This document shows positions 9,353 through 17,646 of a stretch of 55,826 nucleotides of DNA, piece by piece. The notes beneath the pieces were generated by a model, which had not been told where the DNA came from, ran no database searches, and saw only the letters and a list, made by a program, of their open reading frames with translations. The position numbers and the translations under genes are program-made. Source of the DNA: an uncultured Bacteroidota bacterium (GTDB lineage Bacteria; Bacteroidota; Bacteroidia; Flavobacteriales; BACL11); contig CACHFI010000003.1 of NCBI GenBank assembly GCA_902579065.1, positions 1 through 55,826 on the forward strand, written 5' to 3'. Position 1 is the stretch's first letter. Every line of letters begins with the position of its first letter.

Positions 9353-10518
9353 TGAAATCATTTCAATTTCTATTTCTATTTATTTTACTTTCATCAAATT
9401 TAGTATATGCTCAATCCACATATATTCCTGATGATAATTTTGAACAACATTTTATTAATCTAGGTTATGATAGTATACTAGATAATTATATTAATAAAAC
9501 ATCTATTGATACCATCATAAATTTAAATATTGATTTTAAAAATATTAATTCCCTTAAAGGAATTGAAGATTTTAATAATTTAAAAATTATTTCATGCATT
9601 GGAAATAATTTAGATAGTTTAGACTTATCAAGCAACATGTTTTTAGAAGATGTTTATTGCAATCTTAATAACATTAATTATTTATTTACTAATGGATTAT
9701 TGTATCTAAAACACCTGGAGTGCTGGTCAAATCAGATTACTGAATTAGATGTAAGTTCAAATTTATCTCTACAGTATTTAAATATACAAGCAAACAATTT
9801 GAATAATCTTATTTTAAATAATGATTCATTAAAGTATTTAAATTGTGAAGACAATCAATTATTTAATCTCAATATTGATAATATTAAACAAATTGAAGAA
9901 CTTAATGTAAGGTATAATTATTTATCTGGTTTAGATTTATCTAACAACAATAAATTATATTGGTTAGATTGTGAACTAAATCAATTAACTTCTATTAATT
10001 TAAATACAAATACAGAACTATACTTTTTAGATTGCGAATCAAATAATATTAATAGTATTAATTTAAACAACAACTTAAAATTACATCGATTAGATTTAGA
10101 AAATAACCAAATATCTTCAATAGATTTAAGTAATAATATAAATCTTACAAGTCTTGATTTGGAACAAAACTTAATTGATTCATTAACTCTATCAAATAAT
10201 CCAATACAAGAGTTAGGTTGTGATAAAAATTTAAATTTAGTTTATTTAGATTTAAGAAATGGTAACAACCATAATATTACAGATATAGTTATTAAAGATA
10301 ATCCAAATTTAAATTGTATAAATGTAGATGACCCCAGTTATTCAAGCTTAAATTGGACTTATGCTAACGGATCTATAGATTCTCATCATTTTTTTAGCTC
10401 TAACTGTCAGATTAATTCAATTTTTGAATATAAAACATCTAAAAAAAATTATTTTAAATATGATTTATTGGGTAGAAAAACATCAGAAAATATATTTAAG
10501 AATATTATAATAAAATGA
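9352..10518 (+). CDS. Secreted leucine-rich-repeat (LRR) protein
   Basis: 388 aa with signal peptide ...NLVYAQ. At least 9 consecutive ~21-residue LRR units (e.g. LTSINLNTNTELYFLDCESNN / INSINLNNNLKLHRLDLENNQ / ISSIDLSNNINLTSLDLEQNL). The short C-terminal tail ...YFKYDLLGRKTSENIF resembles a truncated T9SS CTD. 1-nt overlap with the upstream gene. Confidence 0.85.
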   Translation: MKSFQFLFLFILLSSNLVYAQSTYIPDDNFEQHFINLGYDSILDNYINKTSIDTIINLNIDFKNINSLKGIEDFNNLKIISCIGNNLDSLDLSSNMFLEDVYCNLNNINYLFTNGLLYLKHLECWSNQITELDVSSNLSLQYLNIQANNLNNLILNNDSLKYLNCEDNQLFNLNIDNIKQIEELNVRYNYLSGLDLSNNNKLYWLDCELNQLTSINLNTNTELYFLDCESNNINSINLNNNLKLHRLDLENNQISSIDLSNNINLTSLDLEQNLIDSLTLSNNPIQELGCDKNLNLVYLDLRNGNNHNITDIVIKDNPNLNCINVDDPSYSSLNWTYANGSIDSHHFFSSNCQINSIFEYKTSKKNYFKYDLLGRKTSENIFKNIIIK

Positions 10519-11069
10519 AAAAAATATTTCTTTTAATTATAATCTTTATAGGATGTAAAGAATCAAAAGACAAATTAGATTTAATTACAATAAAAGAATA
10601 TTCAATTTTAATTGAAATACCAGTAGGAACTAATGAAAAATGGGAATTTAATAAGATAAATAATAAAATTGAAAGAGATTCTTTAAATAATTTACCCCGA
10701 ACTATTAATTATCTGAATTATCCTTTTAATTATGGAATGATATTAAATACAAATAATAGTGGGGATAATGATCCTTTGGATGCTATTGTAATTGGAAATA
10801 GGTTTGAAATTGGCGATACAATTCAAGCAAAACCTATAGCAATAATCAATACATTAGATAAAGAAAAAAGTGATCCTAAAATTTTATTTATCCATTCAAG
10901 TTCTCCTTTAAATCAAATAAGTTCAAAAAAGGAATTAAAAGAAAAATATCCTGGAGTATTAAAAATTATAAAAATTTGGCTTAATAATTATAAAAAAGAA
11001 TCAGAAGTAATTGATATAGAAGGGAAAAAAAATGCAATTAAATTAATCAAAAAATCAACAATTAAATAA
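10515..11069 (+). CDS. ppa: Family I inorganic pyrophosphatase carrying a lipoprotein signal peptide
   Basis: 184 aa. Core motifs are IEIPVGTNEKWEF, YPFNYGMI, the signature DNDPLDA and DKEKSDPKILF. The N-terminus MKKIFLLIIIFIGCKE is a signal peptide plus lipobox Cys. There is no internal Met before the catalytic core. 4-nt overlap with the upstream gene. Confidence 0.85.
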   Translation: MKKIFLLIIIFIGCKESKDKLDLITIKEYSILIEIPVGTNEKWEFNKINNKIERDSLNNLPRTINYLNYPFNYGMILNTNNSGDNDPLDAIVIGNRFEIGDTIQAKPIAIINTLDKEKSDPKILFIHSSSPLNQISSKKELKEKYPGVLKIIKIWLNNYKKESEVIDIEGKKNAIKLIKKSTIK

Positions 11070-11116
11070 ATGATTGATATTTTTTGATTTTATTCAAATA
11101 AAAATCCTTTATTTAA

Positions 11117-11124
11117 TAAATTTG
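11117..11124 (+). promoter_or_regulatory. -7 promoter box (TAnnTTTG)
   Basis: TAAATTTG, 4 nt upstream of ATG 11129. Confidence 0.45.
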
Positions 11125-11128
11125 ATTG

Positions 11129-11857
11129 ATGAAAATATTTATTACTTTTTTATTATTTTTTTTATTACCATTTACAAATTATTCTCAAATTGTTAATGTT
11201 GAGTCCTTAAGAAATGAAAACAACAAACAATTTAATGGATATATTAATATTGCTTATGATTTTAAAAAAGTAAATGAAGTTGATTGGGAAATGGAAAATG
11301 AGATATTTCTAAACTGGAATTACAAATCATGGACTATTTTTTTAATTAATGAAATTAATCTTGATAGAGGAGCTGGTATTGACTTTTCTAATGATGGCTT
11401 CCAACACCTTAGAATAAATAATAAAATAAATTCAAAAATAACAATAGAGTCATTTCTTCAAAATCAATATGATCCAATTAGAAAAATTGATAACAGAATT
11501 CTTTTAGGAGGTGGATTAAGAACAAATATTTTTAATCATTATTTTGGAATTTCTTCTTTTTTTGAGCAGGAAAAATTAAACTATAGTACAAAAGAAAATA
11601 ATATAAGATTAAGTTCTTATTTAAATTTAAATTATAACTTGAATAAACTGATGATAATTTATTCTACTTTATATTTTCAGCCAATTATTAATTCATTTAA
11701 TGATTATCGATTTTCTAATGAAACCGAAATAACTTTTAAAATCAGTAAAAAGTTTTTCTTTTCAAATAAAATAGAAATCTCTTATGATAGTTTTCCAGCA
11801 ATAGGTATACCTAATACTATAATTAATTATAAAAATGGATTTTCATATAAATTTTAA
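11129..11857 (+). CDS. Outer-membrane beta-barrel protein, DUF481/YdiY-like
   Basis: Signal peptide MKIFITFLLFFLLPFTNYSQ, alternating hydrophobic pattern, terminal aromatic ...NGFSYKF. The track start TTG 11126 is replaced by ATG 11129, which lies 4 nt after a TAAATTTG box. Confidence 0.7.
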   Translation: MKIFITFLLFFLLPFTNYSQIVNVESLRNENNKQFNGYINIAYDFKKVNEVDWEMENEIFLNWNYKSWTIFLINEINLDRGAGIDFSNDGFQHLRINNKINSKITIESFLQNQYDPIRKIDNRILLGGGLRTNIFNHYFGISSFFEQEKLNYSTKENNIRLSSYLNLNYNLNKLMIIYSTLYFQPIINSFNDYRFSNETEITFKISKKFFFSNKIEISYDSFPAIGIPNTIINYKNGFSYKF

Positions 11858-12558
11858 AAAGGATTTGTTGCCCAAATATTCAATTCATTTATAAATCCTC
11901 TTTCATCCATTTCAATGGCAGATACAATGGCATGAGAAATTTCTCTAACAGTTAATTTATTGTGAACTTCATTTCTTTCAATCCTTTCAGTATTTCCAAA
12001 AGCAGTAGTTACTTCACTTGGATTAACTTGACATACTCTTATGTTAAAAGGTCTTAATTCTGCTTGCCAACACTGTGTAAGGCATCTTACAGCAAATTTA
12101 GATGATGAGTATATACTTCCATTTTTATAGCCTTTTAAGCTAGCGGTAGACCCAATATTAATTATTGTACCGCTTTTTTGAGCTTTCATTGAAGGAATAA
12201 TTTCTTTTGTGAATAATGATAATCCAAAAACATTGACATTAAAAACCTTTAAAAAATTTTCAATACTTAATTCCTCTATTGAACTTCTAACCCCTATTCC
12301 AGCATTGTTTACTAAAACATCTACTCTATTATCAAATAAATCTAGACACTTTTTTGCATTTTTCGAGATATTATCAAAGTCAGCAATATCAAATTCTAAA
12401 ATATTAGCATTAGTATATAATCTAGCTTCTTTTAATCTAGCTTCTGATCTACCTGTAATCAACACATTTGCTCCTTTTTCTACAAGTGATTTTGCTGTTT
12501 CTTTACCAATTCCTAAACTACCTCCAGTAATAATTATATTTTTTCCTTTAATGTCCAT
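11854..12558 (-). CDS. Short-chain dehydrogenase/reductase (SDR) family oxidoreductase
   Basis: 234 aa. TGGSLGIGKETA cofactor motif, NNAG, and a catalytic S...YSSSK triad. Confidence 0.9.
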   Translation of the reverse strand: MDIKGKNIIITGGSLGIGKETAKSLVEKGANVLITGRSEARLKEARLYTNANILEFDIADFDNISKNAKKCLDLFDNRVDVLVNNAGIGVRSSIEELSIENFLKVFNVNVFGLSLFTKEIIPSMKAQKSGTIINIGSTASLKGYKNGSIYSSSKFAVRCLTQCWQAELRPFNIRVCQVNPSEVTTAFGNTERIERNEVHNKLTVREISHAIVSAIEMDERGFINELNIWATNPF

Positions 12559-12581
12559 GATTTTTATTGATTTATTAAATG

Positions 12582-12589
12582 CAAAATTA
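12582..12589 (-). promoter_or_regulatory. -7 promoter box for the SDR gene
   Basis: Minus-strand TAATTTTGCA, 23 nt upstream of ATG 12558. Confidence 0.4.
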
Positions 12590-12606
12590 AATAAAGATTA
12601 TTGATT

Positions 12607-13278
12607 TTAGCTAATCAATTGATCCACTAAAATAGGTACAGATTCTGAAGCTTTTTTTCTTATGACATTAATACCTTCATAATCATCTGCATTTGGATCA
12701 ATAATATATTTTTTGCAAGAATTTGATGTATAATGAATTAAAGAAGCAGCTGGATACACATTTAATGAGGTGCCAATTATTATAAATATATCTGCAGTCT
12801 TAACAATTTCAATTGCAACATCCATCATTGGAACAGCTTCACCAAACCAAACAACATTTGGCCTTAATTGAGCTCCATTTGGACATAAATCTCCAAGAAT
12901 TAGTTCCGACCCTTCAATTTCATAAAGCTTATTATCAAGTGTACTCTTTGATTGTCTTAATTTTCCATGAAGATGTAGTACATTGTTAGACCCACTTCTT
13001 TCATGTAAATCATCAATATTTTGAGTAATAATTTGCAGGTTAAAATTTTGTTGTAGTTTATTAAGTGCGTAATGAGCATTATTTGGAGATGAGCTAATAA
13101 GTTGTCTTCTTCTAATATTATAAAATTCTAAAACAAGTTCTGGATTCTTTTTAAATGCATCAGGTGTTGCGACATCTTCAATTTTATAATTATCCCACAA
13201 TCCACCAGAATCTCTAAATGTTCCGAGACCACTCTCGGCACTTATACCAGCTCCGGTAAAAACTACAATGTTTTTCAT
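12607..13278 (-). CDS. cobB: NAD-dependent protein deacylase, Sir2 family (CobB-like), without zinc-ribbon cysteines
   Basis: 223 aa. Motifs GAGISAESGLGTFRD, QNIDDLHERSG, HLHG (catalytic His) and GTSLNVYPAA. Only one Cys lies between HG and RPNVVWFGE, where 4 Zn-binding Cys are usual. Confidence 0.85.
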   Translation of the reverse strand: MKNIVVFTGAGISAESGLGTFRDSGGLWDNYKIEDVATPDAFKKNPELVLEFYNIRRRQLISSSPNNAHYALNKLQQNFNLQIITQNIDDLHERSGSNNVLHLHGKLRQSKSTLDNKLYEIEGSELILGDLCPNGAQLRPNVVWFGEAVPMMDVAIEIVKTADIFIIIGTSLNVYPAASLIHYTSNSCKKYIIDPNADDYEGINVIRKKASESVPILVDQLIS

Positions 13279-13548
13279 CTATAAAGTGTAATAAATGATC
13301 AAACCTAATGCAGTAAAAATTAAAGATGTTATAGTATAAGATTTTTCAATTCTTGACATTGGCTTTTTGGTTATCAACCAATATAAAAATCGAATTGGAA
13401 CATATATTAACAATGAAAAGCCAAGAATAAAAGCAAGAGTAGTTATTATTATTAAAATTAATGCTACCAATGCAGCTTCCTCTTTAGTAGAATCAACAAC
13501 AACAGGAAAAGAAATTAAAAGATTTAAAAAAATGAATAAATTATTCAT
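13279..13548 (-). CDS. Small hypothetical membrane protein (about 3 TM segments)
   Basis: 89 aa and hydrophobic. Its stop codon abuts the Sir2 ATG (TAGATG, 0-nt spacer). Confidence 0.5.
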   Translation of the reverse strand: MNNLFIFLNLLISFPVVVDSTKEEAALVALILIIITTLAFILGFSLLIYVPIRFLYWLITKKPMSRIEKSYTITSLIFTALGLIIYYTL

Positions 13549-13553
13549 ACAAC

Positions 13554-13727
13554 TTACAAGGATTTTCTAAAGAAAAGATATAATAAAATTCCTGTAAAAA
13601 GTGCAAGAAACCCTTTTATACTACCAGCTTCCAAAACTAGTATCTGTGATTCCTGGAGCCAAGATAATACGGCGAACATTATTCCAAAACCTGAAATTAA
13701 CAACCATATTTCTTTCTTAATATTCAT
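13554..13727 (-). CDS. Small hypothetical membrane protein (57 aa, about 2 TM segments)
   Basis: Below the ORF-track size cutoff. Read by hand: MNIKKEIWLLISGFGIMFAVLSWLQESQILVLEAGSIKGFLALFTGILLYLFFRKSL. It fills an otherwise empty gap, starting 3 nt after the upstream stop. Confidence 0.35.
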   Translation of the reverse strand: MNIKKEIWLLISGFGIMFAVLSWLQESQILVLEAGSIKGFLALFTGILLYLFFRKSL

Positions 13728-13730
13728 AAT

Positions 13731-16700
13731 TTATTGTAGTATTAGTTGGTTAATAAAGATTCCATCATTAGTGTTTATTTCCAATGAGTACACACCTTTA
13801 GGGTAAGAAGATAAGTCTAAGATCTTTGAAAAATTGCCTTTATTTAAAATCAAGTTTTCATAAAAAACCCTCTTCCCTAACAAAGAGTAAATATTAATAC
13901 TGATGTCTTGATTAATTAGACTATTGAAATTAATATTAAAAACACTATTTGAAGGATTAGGATAAATTTTAAAATTATTCAAATTAAAGTTAGCTGTAGA
14001 CAATGAAACCCAATTCACTTCATAAAAGATTGTATCAGAAATACATCCATCATTATCAGTTACAATTACCCAGTATTGACCATTAGAAGTAGGTGTGATT
14101 TGAGAAGTCGTATCTCCTGTATTCCACAAATAAGAAAAAGGGGCATTACCTGAAATAATATTAACAACTAGATCACTAGGATTTGGTAATAATGGAGCAG
14201 TTATTTCAGCTGTTGTATTTGTTATAGCTAGATCAAGAGTAACTACACTATCACATCCATTAGCGTTTGTGTAATGATTTACATATATCCCACTACTATC
14301 ATATTGTATTCCATCCCAAAAAAATGATGAACAAGAAATCACAGATATCATATCACTATCAGTGTAATTAATTGTTAGGTTTAGAATTTCAACACTATCA
14401 CAACCATTAGAATTAGTAAGTGTATTTGAGTAAACACCAGATGTTGAGTATAAATTTCCATTCCATGAGTATGTATCACAAGAAGATATACTAGTTACTG
14501 AAGTATCAGAGTCTAAAATATTTAAATTTATTGTTACAAGGCTATCACAGCCATTTACACTAAATAATAAAGAATCATATACTCCACTTACGCTATAAGT
14601 TGTTCCAAGCCAATTATAGTTATCACATGAAGATATATTTTCAAATGTTGAATATGATTGATTTATTGTTAAATCCAAATAAATCATACTATCACAACCA
14701 TTAGAATTTGTAAAATTATAACTATAAATTCCAGAAGAATCTAATATAGTACCATTCCAATTATATGTACCGCATGCCGAAACAGTTATTGTATCAACAT
14801 CAGAGTTTAAAATGGTTAGGTTTAGGGTATGAATACTATCACATCCTGATGTATCAGTGTAAGTGTTAAAATACATACCACTTATAGTATAAGTAGTACT
14901 GTCCCATGTATAACTATCACATGCAGTTATTGAACTCATTCCACCATTATTTGGTGATGGAATAAATACAGAATCAACAACAACACAACCATTGGCATGA
15001 GTAATAGCAACACTATTCCATCCAGCATGTAATGAGTTACTTGTTTTTGTTGTATCTCCATTATCCCATAAAAAAGTACAAAGCGTAAACATACAAGGAC
15101 ATCCAGAAGAAACTACAGTTGCAACACCATTACTATCACCAGAACAAGTTGGAGAAGCAAGCTCTCCAAATAAAAGTGCAAATGGGTCTGGTAAGGATAT
15201 TGTTGTAGTTTCATAACATCCACTTGAATCTGTAACATATAACCAATAACTTCCAGCAGAAAGATTTTGAGCAACTGGGTCAGTACTCTCATTAGACCAT
15301 ATATAAGTGTATGGTGGTGATGAATTACCTGATAGATTTATACTTAAACTCCCATCAGACAAACCATTACAAGAAGGAAAAGTTCTATTTATTCCATTTA
15401 TTATAGTACCAGGCCAGCATGGAGTAAGACTAGAATTGTATTTTCCATCATAATTAGTTCCAAGGTAACTTCCCCATGCAATTCCAGAATTTGGTATGAT
15501 TGAATTTAACTCATGCCTAAAAACATTAATTCCTTTAACACCCATTGGATTTAGACTATCTTTCTTAACACAATAGACTAAATCTAACAAACCATCATTA
15601 TCTAAATCATTAATTAGTGGTGTGGATGCTATATTTACACCTGTTCTTATCTGATCTAAAGTTATAATTGTATCATTTACAAAATCAATTGATTGAATTC
15701 TACTATTAAAATATCCATTATTAAAATATACAATTGAAAATATTCCTTCGTCTCTTCCATCATTATTTAAATCAACTGCATTTGCTGAAGCAAAATTTAT
15801 AGTTCCTAAACTATCAATAAACTTAACTGATCCATCACTTCCATCCAGCATTACCTGATAATAATCATTAAATGCTGGCGCTACTCCATTAAATAAAACT
15901 AATAAAACATCAGGGGTTAAATCGCCAGTGAAATTTCCAATTACTGGCTGAGCACTTGATTCAGTCCCAGATTTTTGGTAGGTCCACAATGTATTGAAAT
16001 TTTGACCATCTATTTTAGTAACAACACCTCCGTATGATTGGATTATTATATCATAAATACCATTATTTGGGTTTTGATATACTGAAGCAGGCGCAATATA
16101 TCCTTTATTTGGATCACTATCTAAAACTATCGAACTACTTAAATCACCCAATAATAAATCAGATAATAACGCAGCATAAAAATTACCTCCTAAATTTTCA
16201 CCTCCTGTACCATATAAAACCCATAGATTACCATCATTTTGAATATCTGCAACTATTGGAGAACAATAGGTTTCAGAACTATCTGGGACAACTGCTTTGA
16301 CAATCAAATTTCCTGTTAATGAACTAACAACCATTAGATGTCCTGGCGGTCTATTTGTTTGAAAAGATGGTGCAGCATGATCACCACCATTTGAAATTAA
16401 AATATCATCATATGAATCTCCATCAACATCTCCAATAAATTGAGGATTATAAAAATTATAAACTCCACTATCTGATGGATTAGTACTGTATGGAAAATAA
16501 TCCCAAATCAATGAACCATTTAAACCATTTATTGCTAATAATTGTCCAGATCTACCTGAAATTATAACATCATCAATTCCATCTGATGTTAAATCCTGAA
16601 AAATAGCACTACCAAATAATTCATCTCTTGAAGATCTTTTCCATAATAAAGAACCATCTAAACCATTATAAGCCATTACCCCACTATTATTGAATGTACT

Positions 16701-16868
16701 ATCAACTCCACCACCTATGACAATATCTAATATATTATCTCCATTCAAATCAGCTGATCTAGGTGAAGAAAGTGTTGCAGTTGAATCAGTAAATGAATGC
16801 CAATTTTGAGAGTAGCATATCAAATTTAAAAAAGTAAAAAGTAAAATAAAAACCTTTTTCATAGTCAT
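13731..16868 (-). CDS. Large secreted FG-GAP/VCBP-repeat protein with SprB-like repeats, five tandem Cys-repeats and a T9SS type-A C-terminal sorting domain
   Basis: 1045 aa with a signal peptide (the true start may be the MKK at 16862). Repeated D.N.DG..D calcium-type FG-GAP motifs fill the first ~440 aa. SprB-like units are present (SCNGLSDGSLSINLSGNSSPPYTYIWS...). The C-terminal KIYPNPSNSVFNINF...IYSLLGKRV...GVYSLEI is a Por-secretion tail. Confidence 0.9.
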   Translation of the reverse strand: MTMKKVFILLFTFLNLICYSQNWHSFTDSTATLSSPRSADLNGDNILDIVIGGGVDSTFNNSGVMAYNGLDGSLLWKRSSRDELFGSAIFQDLTSDGIDDVIISGRSGQLLAINGLNGSLIWDYFPYSTNPSDSGVYNFYNPQFIGDVDGDSYDDILISNGGDHAAPSFQTNRPPGHLMVVSSLTGNLIVKAVVPDSSETYCSPIVADIQNDGNLWVLYGTGGENLGGNFYAALLSDLLLGDLSSSIVLDSDPNKGYIAPASVYQNPNNGIYDIIIQSYGGVVTKIDGQNFNTLWTYQKSGTESSAQPVIGNFTGDLTPDVLLVLFNGVAPAFNDYYQVMLDGSDGSVKFIDSLGTINFASANAVDLNNDGRDEGIFSIVYFNNGYFNSRIQSIDFVNDTIITLDQIRTGVNIASTPLINDLDNDGLLDLVYCVKKDSLNPMGVKGINVFRHELNSIIPNSGIAWGSYLGTNYDGKYNSSLTPCWPGTIINGINRTFPSCNGLSDGSLSINLSGNSSPPYTYIWSNESTDPVAQNLSAGSYWLYVTDSSGCYETTTISLPDPFALLFGELASPTCSGDSNGVATVVSSGCPCMFTLCTFLWDNGDTTKTSNSLHAGWNSVAITHANGCVVVDSVFIPSPNNGGMSSITACDSYTWDSTTYTISGMYFNTYTDTSGCDSIHTLNLTILNSDVDTITVSACGTYNWNGTILDSSGIYSYNFTNSNGCDSMIYLDLTINQSYSTFENISSCDNYNWLGTTYSVSGVYDSLLFSVNGCDSLVTINLNILDSDTSVTSISSCDTYSWNGNLYSTSGVYSNTLTNSNGCDSVEILNLTINYTDSDMISVISCSSFFWDGIQYDSSGIYVNHYTNANGCDSVVTLDLAITNTTAEITAPLLPNPSDLVVNIISGNAPFSYLWNTGDTTSQITPTSNGQYWVIVTDNDGCISDTIFYEVNWVSLSTANFNLNNFKIYPNPSNSVFNINFNSLINQDISINIYSLLGKRVFYENLILNKGNFSKILDLSSYPKGVYSLEINTNDGIFINQLILQ
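14217..14936 (-). repeat. Five tandem ~48-codon in-frame repeats inside the FG-GAP/T9SS gene
   Basis: aa 645-884. Each unit fits C(D/G/S)(S/T/N)(Y/F).W.G..Y..SG.Y......(S/N)GCDS...L.L.I. Examples: ACDSYTWDSTTYTISGMYFNTYTDTSGCDSIHTLNLTIL, ACGTYNWNGTILDSSGIYSYNFTNSNGCDSMIYLDLTIN. Confidence 0.85.
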
Positions 16869-16952
16869 AAAATTGCTGTTGTAAATTTACAAAGAATCAT
16901 AAAAACAAATTACAGTTATCTTTTAGAAAATTTTAAATTATTTTTTTCTAAT

Positions 16953-16960
16953 TATTTTTG
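16953..16960 (+). promoter_or_regulatory. -7 promoter box for the yqhA-like gene
   Basis: TATTTTTGCA, 23 nt upstream of ATG 16984. Confidence 0.45.
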
Positions 16961-16983
16961 CAACTAAATTCAATAATTAATAA

Positions 16984-17481
16984 ATGATCGAAAATAAATT
17001 TGAAAAAGGACTTTGGAGCACTAGATTTATTGTTCTAATATCTGTTATACTATCAATTGTATCATCAATTGTTCTTTTTTTGTTAGCAGGATGGGATATT
17101 ATTCAAGCAATTATTTATTACAACCCAATATTTAATGAAAATATAATTTCTAATAATGACTTATTGTTTAAAATTATCTCGTCTATTGATTTATTTCTAA
17201 TAGGAATTGTTCTGTTAATATTTGGATTTGGAGTGTACGAACTATTTATTAGTGAAATTGATTTTGCAAAAAATAAATTTGCCGATTCAACTCTAAAAAT
17301 TAATAATCTAGATCAGCTTAAAAACAAAATTCTTAAAGTAATTATAATAGTATTAATTGTTAAGTTTTTTGAAAAGGTGCTTAAACTATCTCACAATTTT
17401 ACAACCCCTAAAGATTTAATTTTTTTCAGTCTATCAATACTTTCAATTTGTATTGGATATTATTTGATAAATAGAAAATAA
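16984..17481 (+). CDS. YqhA-family (UPF0114) inner-membrane protein
   Basis: 165 aa. N-terminal FEKGLWSTRFIVLISVILS plus 3-4 TM segments, typical of the family. Confidence 0.7.
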   Translation: MIENKFEKGLWSTRFIVLISVILSIVSSIVLFLLAGWDIIQAIIYYNPIFNENIISNNDLLFKIISSIDLFLIGIVLLIFGFGVYELFISEIDFAKNKFADSTLKINNLDQLKNKILKVIIIVLIVKFFEKVLKLSHNFTTPKDLIFFSLSILSICIGYYLINRK

Positions 17482-17483
17482 AA

Positions 17484-17523
17484 AATCCAATTAACTGTTT
17501 TTCAATTAATTGGATTATTTTTT
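17484..17523 (+). terminator. Rho-independent terminator after the yqhA-like gene
   Basis: Perfect 11-bp stem aatccaattaa / ttaattggatt (17484-17494 with 17506-17516), followed by a T-run (attttttg). Confidence 0.6.
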
Positions 17524-17524
17524 G

Positions 17525-17599
17525 TCGGGGTAGCAGGATTCGAACCTGCGACCTCCTGCTCCCAAAGCAGGCGCGATGACCGGGCTACGCTATACCCCG
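17525..17599 (-). tRNA. tRNA-Pro (anticodon UGG)
   Basis: Reverse complement: CGGGGTA...CCTGC-TTTGGGA-GCAGG...GCAGG-TTCGAAT-CCTGC-TACCCCG-A. It has cloverleaf stems and a T-loop. No encoded CCA. Confidence 0.9.
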
Positions 17600-17646
17600 A
17601 AAAGGATTGCAATAATACTGTTTTTTTAAATACTATTTACAATATG

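Noticed and set aside
9530-10260. Regular ~63-nt periodic repeats that could be mistaken for a CRISPR-like or satellite array
   Set aside because: The periodicity is in-frame LRR units within one continuous ORF that has a signal peptide. There is no repeat-spacer structure, and no cas genes occur anywhere in the window.
12607-13278. SIR2-domain gene as a possible anti-phage defence effector (Thoeris, DSR or SIR2-HerA type)
   Set aside because: It is a short single-domain protein with complete deacylase motifs. It has no fused sensor, SLOG or TM domain, and no TIR, HerA or pAgo partner nearby. The flanking genes are housekeeping. It is most simply a CobB-type deacylase.
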